A stretch of 63,535 bases of DNA, the filler included, from Octopus bimaculoides (Eukaryota): assembly GCF_001194135.2 (NCBI RefSeq). It is 6 parts of 6 records of this genome, joined end to end, with 100 filler letters (N's around TTAATTAATTAA, not from the genome) between each part and the next. Parts side by side here need not be neighbours in the genome. Positions count along the whole stretch, not along the records: positions 1 to 29,718 come from NC_068999.1; positions 29,819 to 40,323 come from NC_068988.1; 4 more parts are not named here. The stretch is one strand, 5' to 3'. Positions 27,310 through 39,836 of the stretch are shown piece after piece. The translations under genes were made by a program, and so were the position numbers. Under the pieces are notes generated by a model. That model saw only the letters and a list, made by a program, of their open reading frames with translations, was not told the DNA's origin and ran no database searches. The stretch's first letter is position 1, and each line of letters opens with the position of its first letter.

Positions 27310-27484
27310 TATTTCGGTAACCATGGGAGCTATGGAAAAAATCCAAAGCCCAGCATCACCACTGGATCATTCTACACATCTATGTAATTTTTCGCGCAAT
27401 TCCACCTAGCCGTTTGACCGTGAATCCCAAAACAAGAAAAAATCGCCCTTGTCAAATTCTTTAACGTTTCGAGCCTAATATATA

Positions 27485-28373
27485 CGATGGGGTATCCAAA
27501 AGAAACCGGAATATTGCAATATTATTTTATTCACTTAGTTTTACATGTTAACGCTTTTATCACCTTCTGGACCGAAGCAGTGCATCGGTCCAGATGCGTT
27601 TTCTACTGTTGAAATCAGTGCTGGAACTCTTGCGAAGTAATGCCTTTTAACACCTACTTCGTTTTTTTTCTTCACCTCTTCCACATCTGCAAATTTCGTA
27701 GCACCAGCTTTTGACACCAGTGATGACCTTCGTAAAAAGATCCAGATCAACTACTAACTATTCTTTCAGTTCACAACAATCATTCAGTTCACAACACTCA
27801 TTCAGTCGCTTGCACAATTTTTGCTGCAACTCTTTTCATTCGTACTTCCGCGATCAAAATTTGTTAGCAGGAGCTCCGGGACATACCAGTCGTATCAACA
27901 ATTTCATCAGTTGTTTGGTAACAGTCCTCCCAGATCAGTTCATGAATTTTCAGGATGTTTCCTTTCGTTCGGGAGGTCGACGGTCACCCCTGAACGAGGT
28001 TGATTTTCAAGCTGTAAGAAGTGGCTATTCCTAAATCCTGAAAACCACCCGTAAACTTGTGTTTTGCTCAAGGCAGCGTCCTTGTCAGCTGTTTGAAGCA
28101 TGACAACTGGTTCGACCGCCGTTTTCCCCAGCAGAAAGCAGAATCTCACCAAAGCATGCTGTTTCTTCGTTGCAGCCATCGCAAAAATTGATGAACAGGG
28201 GAGATGCACTGCAAAACAAAGACGTACCACGTAGCAGAACGACATCACCGGACAACGTTAGTCGGCAGGCTGATGCTTAAGGGTCGCATGAAGTGGCTAC
28301 TAGCGGTGGAAACCTGAACTACAACGGGCTTATCCCTCAGAGAATGTCTCTGGTTGCTTTTAGGCACCCCTCG
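27485..28373 (-). mobile_element. Internally deleted mariner, family 2
   Basis: Imperfect TIRs cgatggggtatccaaaagaaaccggaatatt / aatgtctctggttgcttttaggcacccctcg. Shares both transposase ends with 20875-21894 but lacks ~21050-21460. Confidence 0.85.
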
Positions 28374-28510
28374 TGAGGACGTGATACAGATTGTGTTACT
28401 AGACGCTCGGGAAAGGAAAGAAACTTCATGTCCGCAGAAGCCATGATAGACCGTTGACCAACACCATTCAATTTTTTTTCTCCGTGTTTTTCTCCTTGTT
28501 TTCTCCGTAT

Positions 28511-28547
28511 TCTTTCTGTTGAAGAGCGTAGCTCGAAACGTGAAAGA
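28511..28547 (+). ncRNA. Core-variant minimal HHR-like fold (CUGUUGA; GUG at the cleavage site)
   Basis: tcttt-CTGTTGA-a-gagc gta gctc-GAAA-cg-TG-aaaga. All three helices pair, but A6 and H17 deviate from the consensus. Confidence 0.4.
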
Positions 28548-28708
28548 CTTTCCGTATTCCCGAGCGTCATACTAATACATCCTTTTGTTGTTTACACCAC
28601 CTGTCCTCGTCTGTTATTGTTTTGTTTCGTACATTCTCCTATATATATATATATATATATGAATAATAACAATATATGGAGCAAAACGCATATAAATAAA
28701 AGTTCCTT

Positions 28709-28800
28709 TAATTCCTACACATGTTTCAAAATATATGTGTGCTCTCCTCCAAAGAAGTAAGAGCTGCTGGAATTCCACATATATTCATCTTCAGGGAATC
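28709..28800 (-). ncRNA. Type I hammerhead ribozyme with long stem II
   Basis: Minus strand: gattcc-CTGAAGA-tg aatatatgtg [36 nt incl. gctct/agagc] cacatatatt tt-GAAA-catgtg-TA-ggaatt. GUA triplet, 6-bp stem I, ACATGT palindrome in stem III. Confidence 0.7.
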
Positions 28801-28857
28801 AACATATAAAAGCAAGATAAATGCGAAATGATGAGGTAACTTACGAGCTAAGATGTT

Positions 28858-28996
28858 ACATGGCCAAGTAAGTGACCGTTAGAAGTAAGAGTGCTTGTTT
28901 ACATAGAGATATAAAGGGAGTAATAATATTATTACATGAGCCAATGAGTGACCGTTAGGAGTAAGAACGCTTGTTTACATAGAGTTATAAAGGGAG
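28858..28996. repeat. Imperfect ~62-bp direct repeat (period ~76)
   Basis: acatg..ccaa..agtgaccgttag.agtaaga..gcttgtttacatagag.tataaaggga occurs twice. Confidence 0.8.
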
Positions 28997-29089
28997 GGGG
29001 CTGTAAACGTAATGCTAAAAGTTTAAATTAAATTATTAAAATGGGGGAGGAGGGCAAAATAGATCACAGTAAAGTGAACTAAAAATCGT

Positions 29090-29380
29090 AAGCTAATTGC
29101 TAAGTCCTTATTCGTCATTTAGGGATAGGAATAAAGCTAGCACCACCGGCCTAAGTAAATTTATTTCGGAACTGAAAGATTGCAATAAGCAATTCTCTTT
29201 GGAATGGTCTATACTGGCTACTTCCGTTCCCTACGACAAAGGTAAGGATTTTTGTCCTCTTTGTAACTTGGAACTTTTCCATATCCTGTATTCCAAGAAT
29301 AGCCTAGTTAACCAAATAACACAGAGAGCGTATCGTTGTCAGCACTACAAGAGACATACCTTCATTTATTATCGTTAACG
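29090..29380 (+). mobile_element. Naiad-like PLE endonuclease C-terminal fragment
   Basis: SFRDRNKASTTGLSKFISELK...LEWSILA...Y...FCPLCNLE.FHIL...LVN......CQH parallels the PLE-B C-terminus. Confidence 0.75.
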
Positions 29381-29409
29381 CCATCATTCCAACTAGGTTA
29401 GGTTTTAAG

Positions 29410-29465
<56 letters not shown>

Positions 29466-29466
<1 letters not shown>

Positions 29467-29718
29467 GTTGTTGTTATTTTTCTTCTTTCTTCAAATTTTC
29501 TTCCATTTCTCGCCGAGTGTTTTTCCGTACACCTAGGGCAGAGAAACTCGTTGTATGCATTTCCAGTTTACACACGCAAATTCACAGGTAAAACATGTAT
29601 TTAAGAAAAAAAAAATCATGAATGGATGTTGTTTTCACAGCGATAATGCTCTTCTCAGTACATGAGTCGTTCCAGTTAGCACGATTTTTTCCACTTCCTG
29701 TAGGGATGGTAAGCCTGG
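29466..29718 (-). mobile_element. R4/Dong-like non-LTR 3' end with (TAA)n tail
   Basis: PGLPSLQEVEKIVLTGTTHVLRRALSL*, followed on the minus strand by (TAA)n at ~29410-29465. Confidence 0.7.
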
Positions 29719-29818
29719 NNNNNNNNNNNNNNNNNNNNNNNNNNNNNNNNNNNNNNNNNNNNTTAATTAATTAANNNNNNNNNNNNNNNNNNNNNNNNNN
29801 NNNNNNNNNNNNNNNNNN
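29719..29818. other. Artificial scaffold-join gap: N44-TTAATTAATTAA-N44 (also 40324-40423, 47618-47717, 52518-52617, 58463-58562)
   Basis: The same 100-bp construct occurs five times; the 12-mer has stop codons in all six frames. Confidence 0.95.
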
Positions 29819-29925
29819 AAGAAAAACTCTACTTTGTAATTTGTCCATTTTCTGTATTTAGCCCTGTGTGGCTATAATAAAAAGATATCTATCTATCTAT
29901 CTGTCTGTCTATATATATATGTTAC

Positions 29926-30786
29926 ATATATGAAGTTGACCAGTAAAGTGGACATTTAATATGCTAGAAATAGACCACATTTTGTGTCTACTAAGACCTA
30001 GTAGTTCTCAAAAGAAATTCAGCGAAATACCAAACCGTAAGCGAGCAAGACATTGAAAATTACATACATAAAATTAAAAAGTTATTCGCGTACCAGCTTT
30101 CGAAGTTAAAAATCTCTTACCGAAAAAATCTGCTCCATCTTCAGCGTGAACTGCTAGTCATAATTCCCAGAATCTTAAACAAGTTGCTCACCCGTAGAGG
30201 CGAACGTGTATATGGTTCTGTTAATTATAACGAACTGGCAAAAATCATATGTCTTCGTTTTGGCGCGCTAATTCCGGCAATATGTCTGCAGAAAATAGTT
30301 ACTGCGTAGCATACATCCAATTTGAGAATTTGATTAATATCTGATTTTTACCCTATGTTTTAATTTGATTAACCATAACCCAGTTCTCTAATTGGATGTA
30401 TGCTACGCAGTAACTATCTTCTGCAGACATATTCCCGGAATTAGCGCGCCAGAACGAAGACATATGATTTTTGCCAGTTCGTTGTAATTAACAGAACCAT
30501 ATGCATGTTCGCCTCTAAGGGTGAGCAACTTGTTTAAGATTCTGGGAATTATGACTAGCAGTTCGAGCTGAAGATGGAGCAGATTTTTTCGGTAAGAGAT
30601 TTTTAACTCCGAAAGCTGGTATGCGAATAACTTTTTAATTTTATGTATGTAATTTTCAATGTCTTGCTCGCTTACGGTTTGGTATTTCGCTGAATTTCTT
30701 TTGAGAACTATTAGGTCTTAGTAGACACAAAATGTGGTCTATTTCTAGTATATTAAATGTCCACTTTACTAGTCAACTTCATATAT
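29926..30786. mobile_element. Fold-back element: 403-bp inverted arms, 55-bp spacer
   Basis: Arms 29926-30328 and 30384-30786 differ by about 15 substitutions counted by eye, with no indels seen; termini are TA-rich. Confidence 0.9.
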
Positions 30787-31860
30787 ATAAAATATACCTT
30801 AATCCCCTAAGATAATTTTTCTGAATCTCTCGGATTCTTTCAATGTGCTGGTTTCCTGGTAATAAATCGATATTAATTAATATCTGATTTTTACCCTATG
30901 TTTTANNNNNNNNNNNNNNNNNNNNNNNNNNNNNNNNNNNNNNNNNNNNNNNNNNNNNNNNNNNNNNNNNNNNNNNNNNNNNNNNNNNNNNNNNNNNNNN
31001 NNNNNNNNNNNNNNNNNNNNNNNNNNNNNNNNNNNNNNNNNNNNNNNNNNNNNNNNNNNNNNNNNNNNNNNNNNNNNNNNNNNNNNNNNNNNNNNNNNNN
31101 NNNNNNNNNNNNNNNNNNNNNNNNCTGTTCTCTTATAAACAAAATCCTCCAAAAACATGTTTTATATGAATAAGCAAGATTTCTGTATTTTCACAGAACT
31201 ATATTTGACAAGTTCGAAAGAAGAACGAAAGCGTTAATATGGAAATGAAAGTATAAAATAAATGAAAGAAGTTTTTTCAAAATTTCTGACGACTTTTTTT
31301 CAATATATATATATATGTGTGTGTGTATGTATGCATGTTTGTATGTATGTATGTATGTATATTATAAACACATACGGGACAGGTTAACCACCTGGCCAGC
31401 TACATGCGTTTCGAGGCTTGCTACGTAATTTCTATTTGGATATATTTGAGGTACTTATATGTATTCATGACATTACTTCTGCTTTTCCGCGGGTATGTGT
31501 AAGCATTTCATTTATTTTCAATATGTTCTTCGCTGATGAAGGAAAAATCTGTTTGGGTTAATTCTGAAATTGGACCGAAACAGATAACTAAATTTTTACG
31601 AATTGCTCTTAGCTTGATTCCTCGTTTCGACACGTGTGTAAATAGTGAAAATATTTAATGTGATTAGACGATTTAGTGTCTACTTTCAACGTATAGGCAA
31701 ACAAAAGTTTTTCATTGCCCTTATTTATAACTGTGCTTATAATTACACCTTAAAGGGTATTTTTCATATGCTGGCCCCCTGTACAATTTTTTACAATTTT
31801 ATCCTTATATTACAAATATGTGTGTGTGTGTGTGTGTGTCTGCCTGTGTCTATTTTATGT

Positions 31861-31894
<34 letters not shown>

Positions 31895-33479
31895 ATCTAA
31901 GTATGCATGTATGTATGTAGCACCCGCCCCTAAAAATCCAGGTCTTGTGCCGAACTTTAAAACAAACATAGATAGATAAATCGATAGATAGATAGATATG
32001 ATACAAAATATTCTACTTTCTTACTTTGAAGGTACGCATATAAGCAAATAACTGACACTAAACAGTTAATCCGCATTATCACCCAAATGTACACACTAAC
32101 TTTCAGAGTACTCTACATTCTCAACGCAAACAACAGTAGCTATAAATTTATCGCACCTATAAGATACAAACACGTGAAGACTGAGTGTTCATTCACATTT
32201 GCATTAAAAAACATGCACCCATATTACAATCGAATATTTCCAGGCATTCAAATACAACATTAATACAATTTAGCATAAACGTGCATATATAATTCAAGTA
32301 GTCATGAAAAAAGAGAACAGAAAACGTTAATTAAAAGTTGTGTATATGCCGGTGCTTCCTAGACTGTAATTTCGACTAGTGTGGAGAAATGTATATAAGC
32401 ATACACAAAAACTTAAACACACTCACATACATACATACATACATACATACATACAAAAATACGCTGTTGCTAGTATTGAAATTCTAATGAAGGAGCCTTT
32501 GGATCTAAGTTAGAAGCCGGTTCCTCTTTGTATTGGCCAGAAATCTTGAAATAAACTAAATAATGACATACATAACATTCGGTATCAATCTTGTACTCAC
32601 TTCAGGTAGGCTTACAACCAGATTTGATACTAGTTTGGATGAGCAATATTCTATTTGGGACTTGATAAAATATGAACTTGTTTCCAATACTGCTTATAAC
32701 CTAGAATTGTATTTTGTAAGTATGTATTCACATGATAACGTGAATAGATATTTATTTAATATGGCGTCAGTAAAATTAAGGTGCAAAAAATGTATTCCTC
32801 TTAACATAAATATCAAATGATACTAATGCGATATTCGAAGTGAAATAGCAGTATCTATGATTTGAATTTTACTTTATATTGATCTATATAAACAATGCCT
32901 GTAAGTATTTATAATTCACTTTAAACTCAATAGAAGCATATCGATCTTCATTCGTGATATTCTAGCAACTTTGAAAATGTATACGACCTAACATTTTTTG
33001 TTATATGTACTTGCAGAATGAAAACAAGCTACATGTAGAATTGTAAAAACGACTTACAAGTTGTTTGAGGAATATAATGTGGATGCAAGGCAGTTGCTGA
33101 TCCAATGACTGCAAGCAAAGCAGATGCAATGGTGATTAAACTTTTGAACATGATCTTCCCTGTTCTCTTCTCGATTCCAGATTCACTTTGATAAGAACGG
33201 GTAAACATTTATATATTGTTCTCAAAATTAAAACTTAGACTATGCAACCTAAAGTTCTCACACTATTACTTTTATATCTTGTTCCTGACTTTACTGCATG
33301 AGAATATTTCACTGTTGTGCAACTAGAGAAACAAAGGATGCATTCAATAAATAATAAAATCAAAGTTAGATTGGAATAATTTAAGTTAAAAAAAAAACCC
33401 GAATAGTGTGAAGAGTAATTGTGATGCAATCGCAATGGCATTTTCATTATTTAGGCTATTATTAGCATTATTATTATTA

Positions 33480-33830
33480 TAATTAATGGAGTGAACTGGT
33501 AAAATCGTTAGCAACCAGACAATATGCTTTGTAGTATTTCTGAATTCAACTTCTGCCGATATCGAATTTGCCTTTCGTCATTTCGGGTTCGATAAATTAA
33601 GTACCAGTGAAACAATGGGATCGATGTAATCAACTTGTCTCCTCAACCAAAATTTCAGGCCTTGTTCCTTTAGAAGAAAAGCTCATTATTACTATTAAGG
33701 TGGCGAGCTGGTAAAATCGTAAGTTCACCGGGTGAAATGTTTAGCAGTATTTCGTTTGTCGCTACGTTCTGAGTTCAAATTCCACCGAGTTCGACTTTGC
33801 TTTTCATTTTTTCGGGATTAATAACTCAAA
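33480..33830 (+). mobile_element. Two SINE family A copies
   Basis: ggcgagctggtaaaatcgt...ctgagttcaaattcc...gactttgc..ttcat..ttcggg..gataa. Confidence 0.8.
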
Positions 33831-34364
33831 TATTTCTCAAGTACAGTGAGTCCGTGTGTTGAAGCACATTTTATTGTGTCTGAGGAGAGTCATTCTGTTT
33901 TAATGCCTTGTTAATTAATACACTCTCTAGTTCGATTTCCACTCATTTATTTATTCATTTATCTATTTCCTAAAATGTTCATTGCTTCTTGGAAACTCTT
34001 CAATACGTGATGACTCTGTCCGTTATCAGAGCTGCTTTCTTCTTGTTTGTTTGTTTGTTTGCTTGTGTGCATGTGTGTACGGTAGTGTGCATGTATATAT
34101 ACATATGTATATACGTAAGTATGTATGTATGTACGTAAGTATGTATGTATGTGTGTATGTATGCATACATATATGTATATATATATGCGTGTGTGTACGT
34201 TTGTATGTATCTATTCTACATATTCATGTGTTTGTGTGGTTTGTGTATGCATATTTGTGTATTTGCATCTATGTGTATGTGTGAGTGTGAGTGTGCTTAT
34301 CTGTCCGTATTTCGTATGTATCTATTTACCTACGTATCTGTTTACCTGCATATCCATTTACTAC

Positions 34365-34434
<70 letters not shown>

Positions 34435-34442
34435 GTCTGTCT

Positions 34443-34473
<31 letters not shown>

Positions 34474-34859
34474 TCTGGATTAAATAAAAGTCAACGAACC
34501 GAGAATATGACTTAATTATATATATAATTAAACACACGTGTAGTAAATAAACAAACGAACATATACTAAATATATATATACTAAATACATAACAGCCTAC
34601 TAACAAATCTACTTAGGTATGTATATACTGTTTGTATTGGGGTATCACTAACATCTACGTGTCTCCTATTTAGTACTGGAGATGTTTAATTTATGAGGAC
34701 GTACGCCTGTATTTACTTTAGTGATGGGTCCCTCGGGTACTTGGATGAAATGCGGATTTCAAGTTGCCCCAGTGAGCATTTATGTTGGTCTTTGGCATTT
34801 TGGTAGAGTATGAAGGACTGTTATTTGTCGTCATAATGTCGCAAATGTTCATTTTATTA

Positions 34860-35070
34860 TTATTATTATTATTGTTCAGTAGTTTTATTTTTATAACGTG
34901 CTTTCACTTCACTACCGAGCGCAGCTCTGTGCGCCTTGGGTATGTGATGTGGTTTGCCGTGATGCTCTTATGTTTACTGTATTGAAAGCGTTTTGCGTAG
35001 GATGTGTGCAGTGCCCAGTAGTGCAATTTTCTGTATGTTATATATATTTGTAAGTCCTGGTGTTTTTGTT
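34860..35070 (-). mobile_element. R4/Dong-like 3' end next to (TAA)n
   Basis: KTPGLTNIYNIQKIALLGTAHILRKTLSIQ*, flanked by ATT repeats on both sides. Confidence 0.7.
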
Positions 35071-35334
35071 TTATTATTATTATTATCATTATTATTATTA
35101 TCATTATTATTATCATCATCATCATGATGATCATCATCATCATCATTATTATTATGATTATTATTATCATCATCATCATTATTATTATCATCATCATCAT
35201 CATTATTATTATCATCATCATCATCATCATTATTATTATGATTATCATCATCATCATCATTATTATTATTATTATCATCATCATCATCATCATTATTATT
35301 ATCATCATCATTATTATTATTATCATCATCATCA
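35070..35334. repeat. Mixed (ATT)n/(CAT)n microsatellite
   Basis: Direct reading. Confidence 0.95.
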
Positions 35335-35644
35335 NNNNNNNNNNNNNNNNNNNNNNNNNNNNNNNNNNNNNNNNNNNNNNNNNNNNNNNNNNNNNNNNNN
35401 NNNNNNNNNNNNNNNNNNNNNNNNNNNNNNNNNNNNNNNNNNNNNNNNNNNNNNNNNNNNNNNNNNNNNNNNNNNNNNNNNNNNNNNNNNNNNNNNNNNN
35501 NNNNNNNNNNNNNNNNNNNNNNNNNNNNNNNNNNNNNNNNNNNGTGTCGATAAATTAAGTACTAGTGATTCACTGGAGCCGATGTAAATGACTTGTCCCC
35601 TGCCCTCAAATTCCGGGCCTTGTGCCTATGGAAGAAAACATTAT

Positions 35645-36450
35645 TATTATATGAAAACTCACGGCTTATTTCACTGGGTATGATGGAAAGTGTCAGCTGT
35701 TCACAGCTAGTAGACTAACGTGACTAAGGTTTACTGCTCACACTTCAAGAACCCTGCGAAGAATTCTTGCAGTTCCAAGCAATATTGGTTTTTCTAGATG
35801 TTCTACCTTAACAGTTGCACCGATCTTCTTCAGTCATATTGGTTGTTGTGAGTGCTGATATTTCCAAGTGCACCAATTACTACTGGTATCACGTCTAATC
35901 TCTTCATTGACCACATCCTTCATATTTCCCACTTTAAACCGTCATATTTATTTATTTATTTATTTCTCCTTCTTTCACATTGATTGTGTTGTCATCGCGG
36001 CATACTGTGTCGATTATCATTCATATTCTCTCTTTTTTATTCACCACAACAATGTCCGGTTTCCTATGTCTGGTCAGGTGATCGCATTGAATCATTGCTT
36101 CCCACAGGACTTGGCAATTTTCATTTTCAGTCACTCCTTCTGGAGTTTCCTCATACCACATTTTTGCACTTTGTAGGCCGAGATTTCCACAGAGCTCCCA
36201 ACGGATCATTCTTGCCGTATTGTCATGTTGTTTTTTGTATTCGCTTTGTGCCAGTTTCGGACATTCGCTAACGATGTGCCATACTGTTTCACCTCTCTCA
36301 CCACACATTCTGCATTTGTCGCTATCGGTAGTGTTGTCTATTCTGCACTTCATATTATTGGTCCTTAACGCTTGTTTTGGGGCTGCGCATATAAGCGCTT
36401 CTATCTCTATCTTCAGGTCATTCCTCTTCATCTATAGCCACCAGTCCTCT
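35645..36450 (-). mobile_element. R4/Dong-like RLE non-LTR element, 3' ~800 bp
   Basis: ALICAAPKQALRT...CRMCGERGETVWHIVSEC (CCHC knuckle)...RKPDIVVVNK (PD-(D/E)xK nuclease)...VIPVVIGALG...EHLEKPILLGTARILRRVL*; (TAA) tail at ~35641-35650 and (TAA)n 5' flank. Confidence 0.9.
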
Positions 36451-36569
36451 AATAATAATAATAATAATAATTATTATTATTATTATTATTATTGTTGTTG
36501 CTGTTGTTGTTCTTGTTGATGCTGCTTCTGCTATTGTTGCAGTTGTTAATATTATTAAGGCAGTGAGCT

Positions 36570-36985
36570 GGGCGGCGAACTGGCAGAATCGTTAGCACGC
36601 CGGGCGAAATGCTTAGCGGTATTTCGTCTGCCGTTACGTTCTGAGTTCAAATTCCGCCGAGGTCGACTTTGCCTTTCATCCTTTCGGGGTCGATAAATTA
36701 AGTACCAGATACACACTGGGGTCGATGTAATCGACTTAATCCTTTTGTCTGTTCTTGTTTGTCTCCTCTATGTTTAGCCCCTTGTGGGCAATAAAGAAAT
36801 GAATATTATTAAGGCAGTGATCTGCCAAAGTTATTAGCACACTGGACGAAATCCTTAGCCGTATCTTACCCGTCACAGCGTTCTGAATTCTCATTCTGCC
36901 GAGGTCGACTTTCCCTTTCCTCTTTTCGGTGTCGATAAATTAAGTATCAGAGAAACACTGGGACCGAGATAATCGACTAATCCCC
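36570..36985 (+). mobile_element. SINE family A: full copy (36570-36800) plus second copy
   Basis: A-box-like tggcagaatcg, B-box gagttcaaattcc, central gcctttcatcctttcggggtcgataaattaagtaccag, aataaagaaat tail. Confidence 0.9.
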
Positions 36986-37057
36986 TCCGTCAAACCCAGC
37001 AAAATAAGCTGAGTTTTCATATAATAATAATAATGATAGTAATATAATAAAAATAAC

Positions 37058-37090
<33 letters not shown>

Positions 37091-37339
37091 GTTTTCTTCC
37101 ATCAGCACAGGACCTGGAATTTGAGGGCAAGGGACTATTCGATTACATCGGCCCAGTGTTTCACTGGTACACTTCTTTGTCCGGTCGTAAGCTTTTGCTC
37201 TAAATTTTGGTTTCCAAATGTTGTTCATTATTTATTTTGTTTCTAAACGTTTAACCAAATCATCACTTTTGCATAGGTTGGCTGCTTTAGATTGTTAGTG
37301 CCCCTTTGGGTGTTGCAATCTCAAAATATTTTTTTCAAG

Positions 37340-38690
37340 CTTAACTTAAAACGAAAAACAAACATGGTGAAGCTAGGCTTGTTGAAAGACATAGAAGAGG
37401 AGATGAGATCTGTTTCACATAGAGATGTTGCAAGATACCGTAGTGCCTTTTGTCTACTACTCACAAACAAAAGAGGAGACAAGGACACAACTGGTTCAAA
37501 TTAACGCGCAAGAAATTGTCAAGTCGTCAATCAAAATTAACAGTAGCAACAAATTCAGCGACATTAGAAACTACGAAGCTGAATTTCCTCCACTCCAATG
37601 GAATATTTCAACACAAAAGACAGCTCATAGCAGCAGCACCACGACTGCAACCGACTCCACCGCTACCACCCGTACAACGAATAAACTAAAGTCAGCAGAT
37701 AGTAACAGTATCACGTCAACAATCGATTCCACCACCGCCACTACTACAACGAATAACATCGTTATAAATGGTAAAAATTCATTCACTGTAACAGCGGCCA
37801 AGAGCAAGGAGTTTCGGTCCTGTTTTCAGAAGCTGCAACGTATAGCGATATTTGTTCGGTAGTCAAAGGAAACGGCCATTTATCAGAAACCTTTACCATC
37901 ACTCGCTCGGTCGGTCAAGATAACCCACTCTCCATTCTTTCTGTACGTGCTTGCTATAGAGCCACTACTGTGTAAGTTGGATATCTCGTGGGGCATCCCG
38001 CGTGAACTAGGATGCGGAGGGTTCGTGTCGGTTTCTGTGAAGGACGTCACCGTAATAGAATCGGGCAGCTCAGAAATCGAGGTGATCGGCTCTAACTTAA
38101 GAGAGTACGGAGCGGTGACATGAGCAAAAATTAACCGTTGTGTCTGTAGCTCGGCTGCTGGAAGGCAGGTCCATGCCAAACGACAGCGTGGTGGGGCGCT
38201 GGACGGAAAGAGTGGTTGAATTGCTCGGGTTCTGCTTCGGTTCCGACCTCTAGGTGGACAAGAACTGGGAGGAGGTTACGAGCAGGGTAGCCAATCTCTC
38301 CTAGAAAAGGGCAGAGAGGAAGTTGTCCCTGAAATGTCGGGCGGAAGTGGCGAATGTGTACATCGCTTCCGTCATCTACTACCGCTTGAACGGCCAACGC
38401 GGTCAGTGGAAGTTCCACCATGTACTTCTATATAGGATTAATGGCAGGCAAGGGGGACGACGTCCTCGAAGAAACTCTGGGCGTCGGGAGGAATCAACTG
38501 GTCTTTTCCTGAGGACTTTCCGGCCAAAGCCTATGGAAGGCTTCCAGAAATCCGTGGCCTGGTAGTACTACTGAGGAGCTCCGCTGGTTGGAGACAAGCT
38601 CGAAGGAAACAGAAGTACTGTCAAAAGAACCTATCCGGGGTGTGTGCAGGGGAATGAAACCGTCCTGCGATAACAGCCCGCTAAAATGAA
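37340..38690 (+). mobile_element. Tx1/L1-clade LINE, deleted and decayed
   Basis: S/T-rich ORF1-like stretch (YEAEFPPL), then GNGHLSETFTITRSV..PFFLYVLAIEPLLCKL, GRSMP..VVGRWTE, and LSLKCRAEVANVYIASVIYYRL. Confidence 0.75.
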
Positions 38691-39449
38691 AACAAACCTA
38701 ACTACGACAATAACAACAAAATATTGATTAAACTTCGTTGTTATCCTCAATAACAACAGCGAAGACGACGTGGCAACGAAGCCACAATTCGGTATCTTAC
38801 GCACCATAACGGGATGCGTCCTCGTCCTGGTCTGTCACAGACGTATGCGGTTTTCCAGCACAGATCTTTGAGACAAGTGATTCGATAACATCAGGGTTAG
38901 GGTGGCTTCATTGCCATACCGTCGTCATGCTGGGAACTCATTGAAAGGTGGGTTACAGTTATGAAAAAGGCTAGAGTGGAAAGCACGGGGTTAATGCAGT
39001 TTCGCATCTCTCCTTGGAAAATGCATATTTTCGGAAAAAACGTTTTTCGGATCCCTACGTTTTAGATGTCGGAGATTACGAATATGCAAAAAAAATTTAA
39101 CCCAACTCCCCACCCCTCTTAAAATTTTGAACTTTTTTTCCCCCTATGTTTTAGATGATGGAGATTCCGTATGTTTATTTGTGTAGTCTCAGTAATCTAA
39201 ATGTCGTGTCGATAATGCCTTAATCTCTATGCAATATAATCGAGCTTATATATATATACAGAGAGAGAGAGAGAGAGAGAGATAGAATACACTTCGTAGT
39301 GCGCAAAGATTTGAATTTGAGAAGGTACAGAAGTAAATGTAAGCACAAACAAGTTAGGCAAGCAGATATACACAGAATATTAAATACAGTTAATACAAAA
39401 ATGTACATATGTATATATATCCTTTGGTGGGATCGATATATATTTTGTA

Positions 39450-39642
39450 GATATGCCCCAGAATCGCTTATCCATGAGTGTTATTTATAGGTATGGCTCG
39501 GCCGACCAAAATGTATATAGTTTATAGCACTATATAGCACTATATAGTGAATATCTATCTCTAATTTATAAACTATGTACCTTTTACTCGGCCGAGTGCT
39601 ACTATAGATAACACTCATGGATGATAAATTCTTGGGCATATC
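39450..39642. mobile_element. ~190-bp MITE with ~40-bp imperfect TIRs
   Basis: gatatgccccagaat..atccatgagtgttat.tatag / ctatagataacactcatggat..attcttgggcatatc. Confidence 0.7.
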
Positions 39643-39836
39643 CCGATATGAACACTTTTTGTATTGAATGTTTTTAATAATATTCGGTGTATATCGACTT
39701 GCCTAACTTGCTCATAGAATACACACACACACACACNNNNNNNNNNNNNNNNNNNNNNNNNNNNNNNNNNNNNNNNNNNNNNNNNNNNNNNNNNNNNNNN
39801 NNNNNNNNNNNNNNNNNNNNNNNNNNNNNNNNNNNN

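Noticed and set aside
31385-31630. HHR-like pieces (catgcgtttcg; CTGATGA plus hairpin)
   Set aside because: The half-motifs do not assemble into one core on either strand.
32563-33140. MTYITFGINLVLTS G|gtaggc signal exon plus lectin-like exon at ~33017
   Set aside because: The short hydrophobic run is weak and appears to sit in a repeat tail; the downstream segment has stops in all frames.
35060-35587. His/Tyr-rich ORFs (also poly-Ile/Met, CVCV, THTH and GGGS-type ORFs elsewhere)
   Set aside because: Translations of microsatellites, many spanning N gaps.
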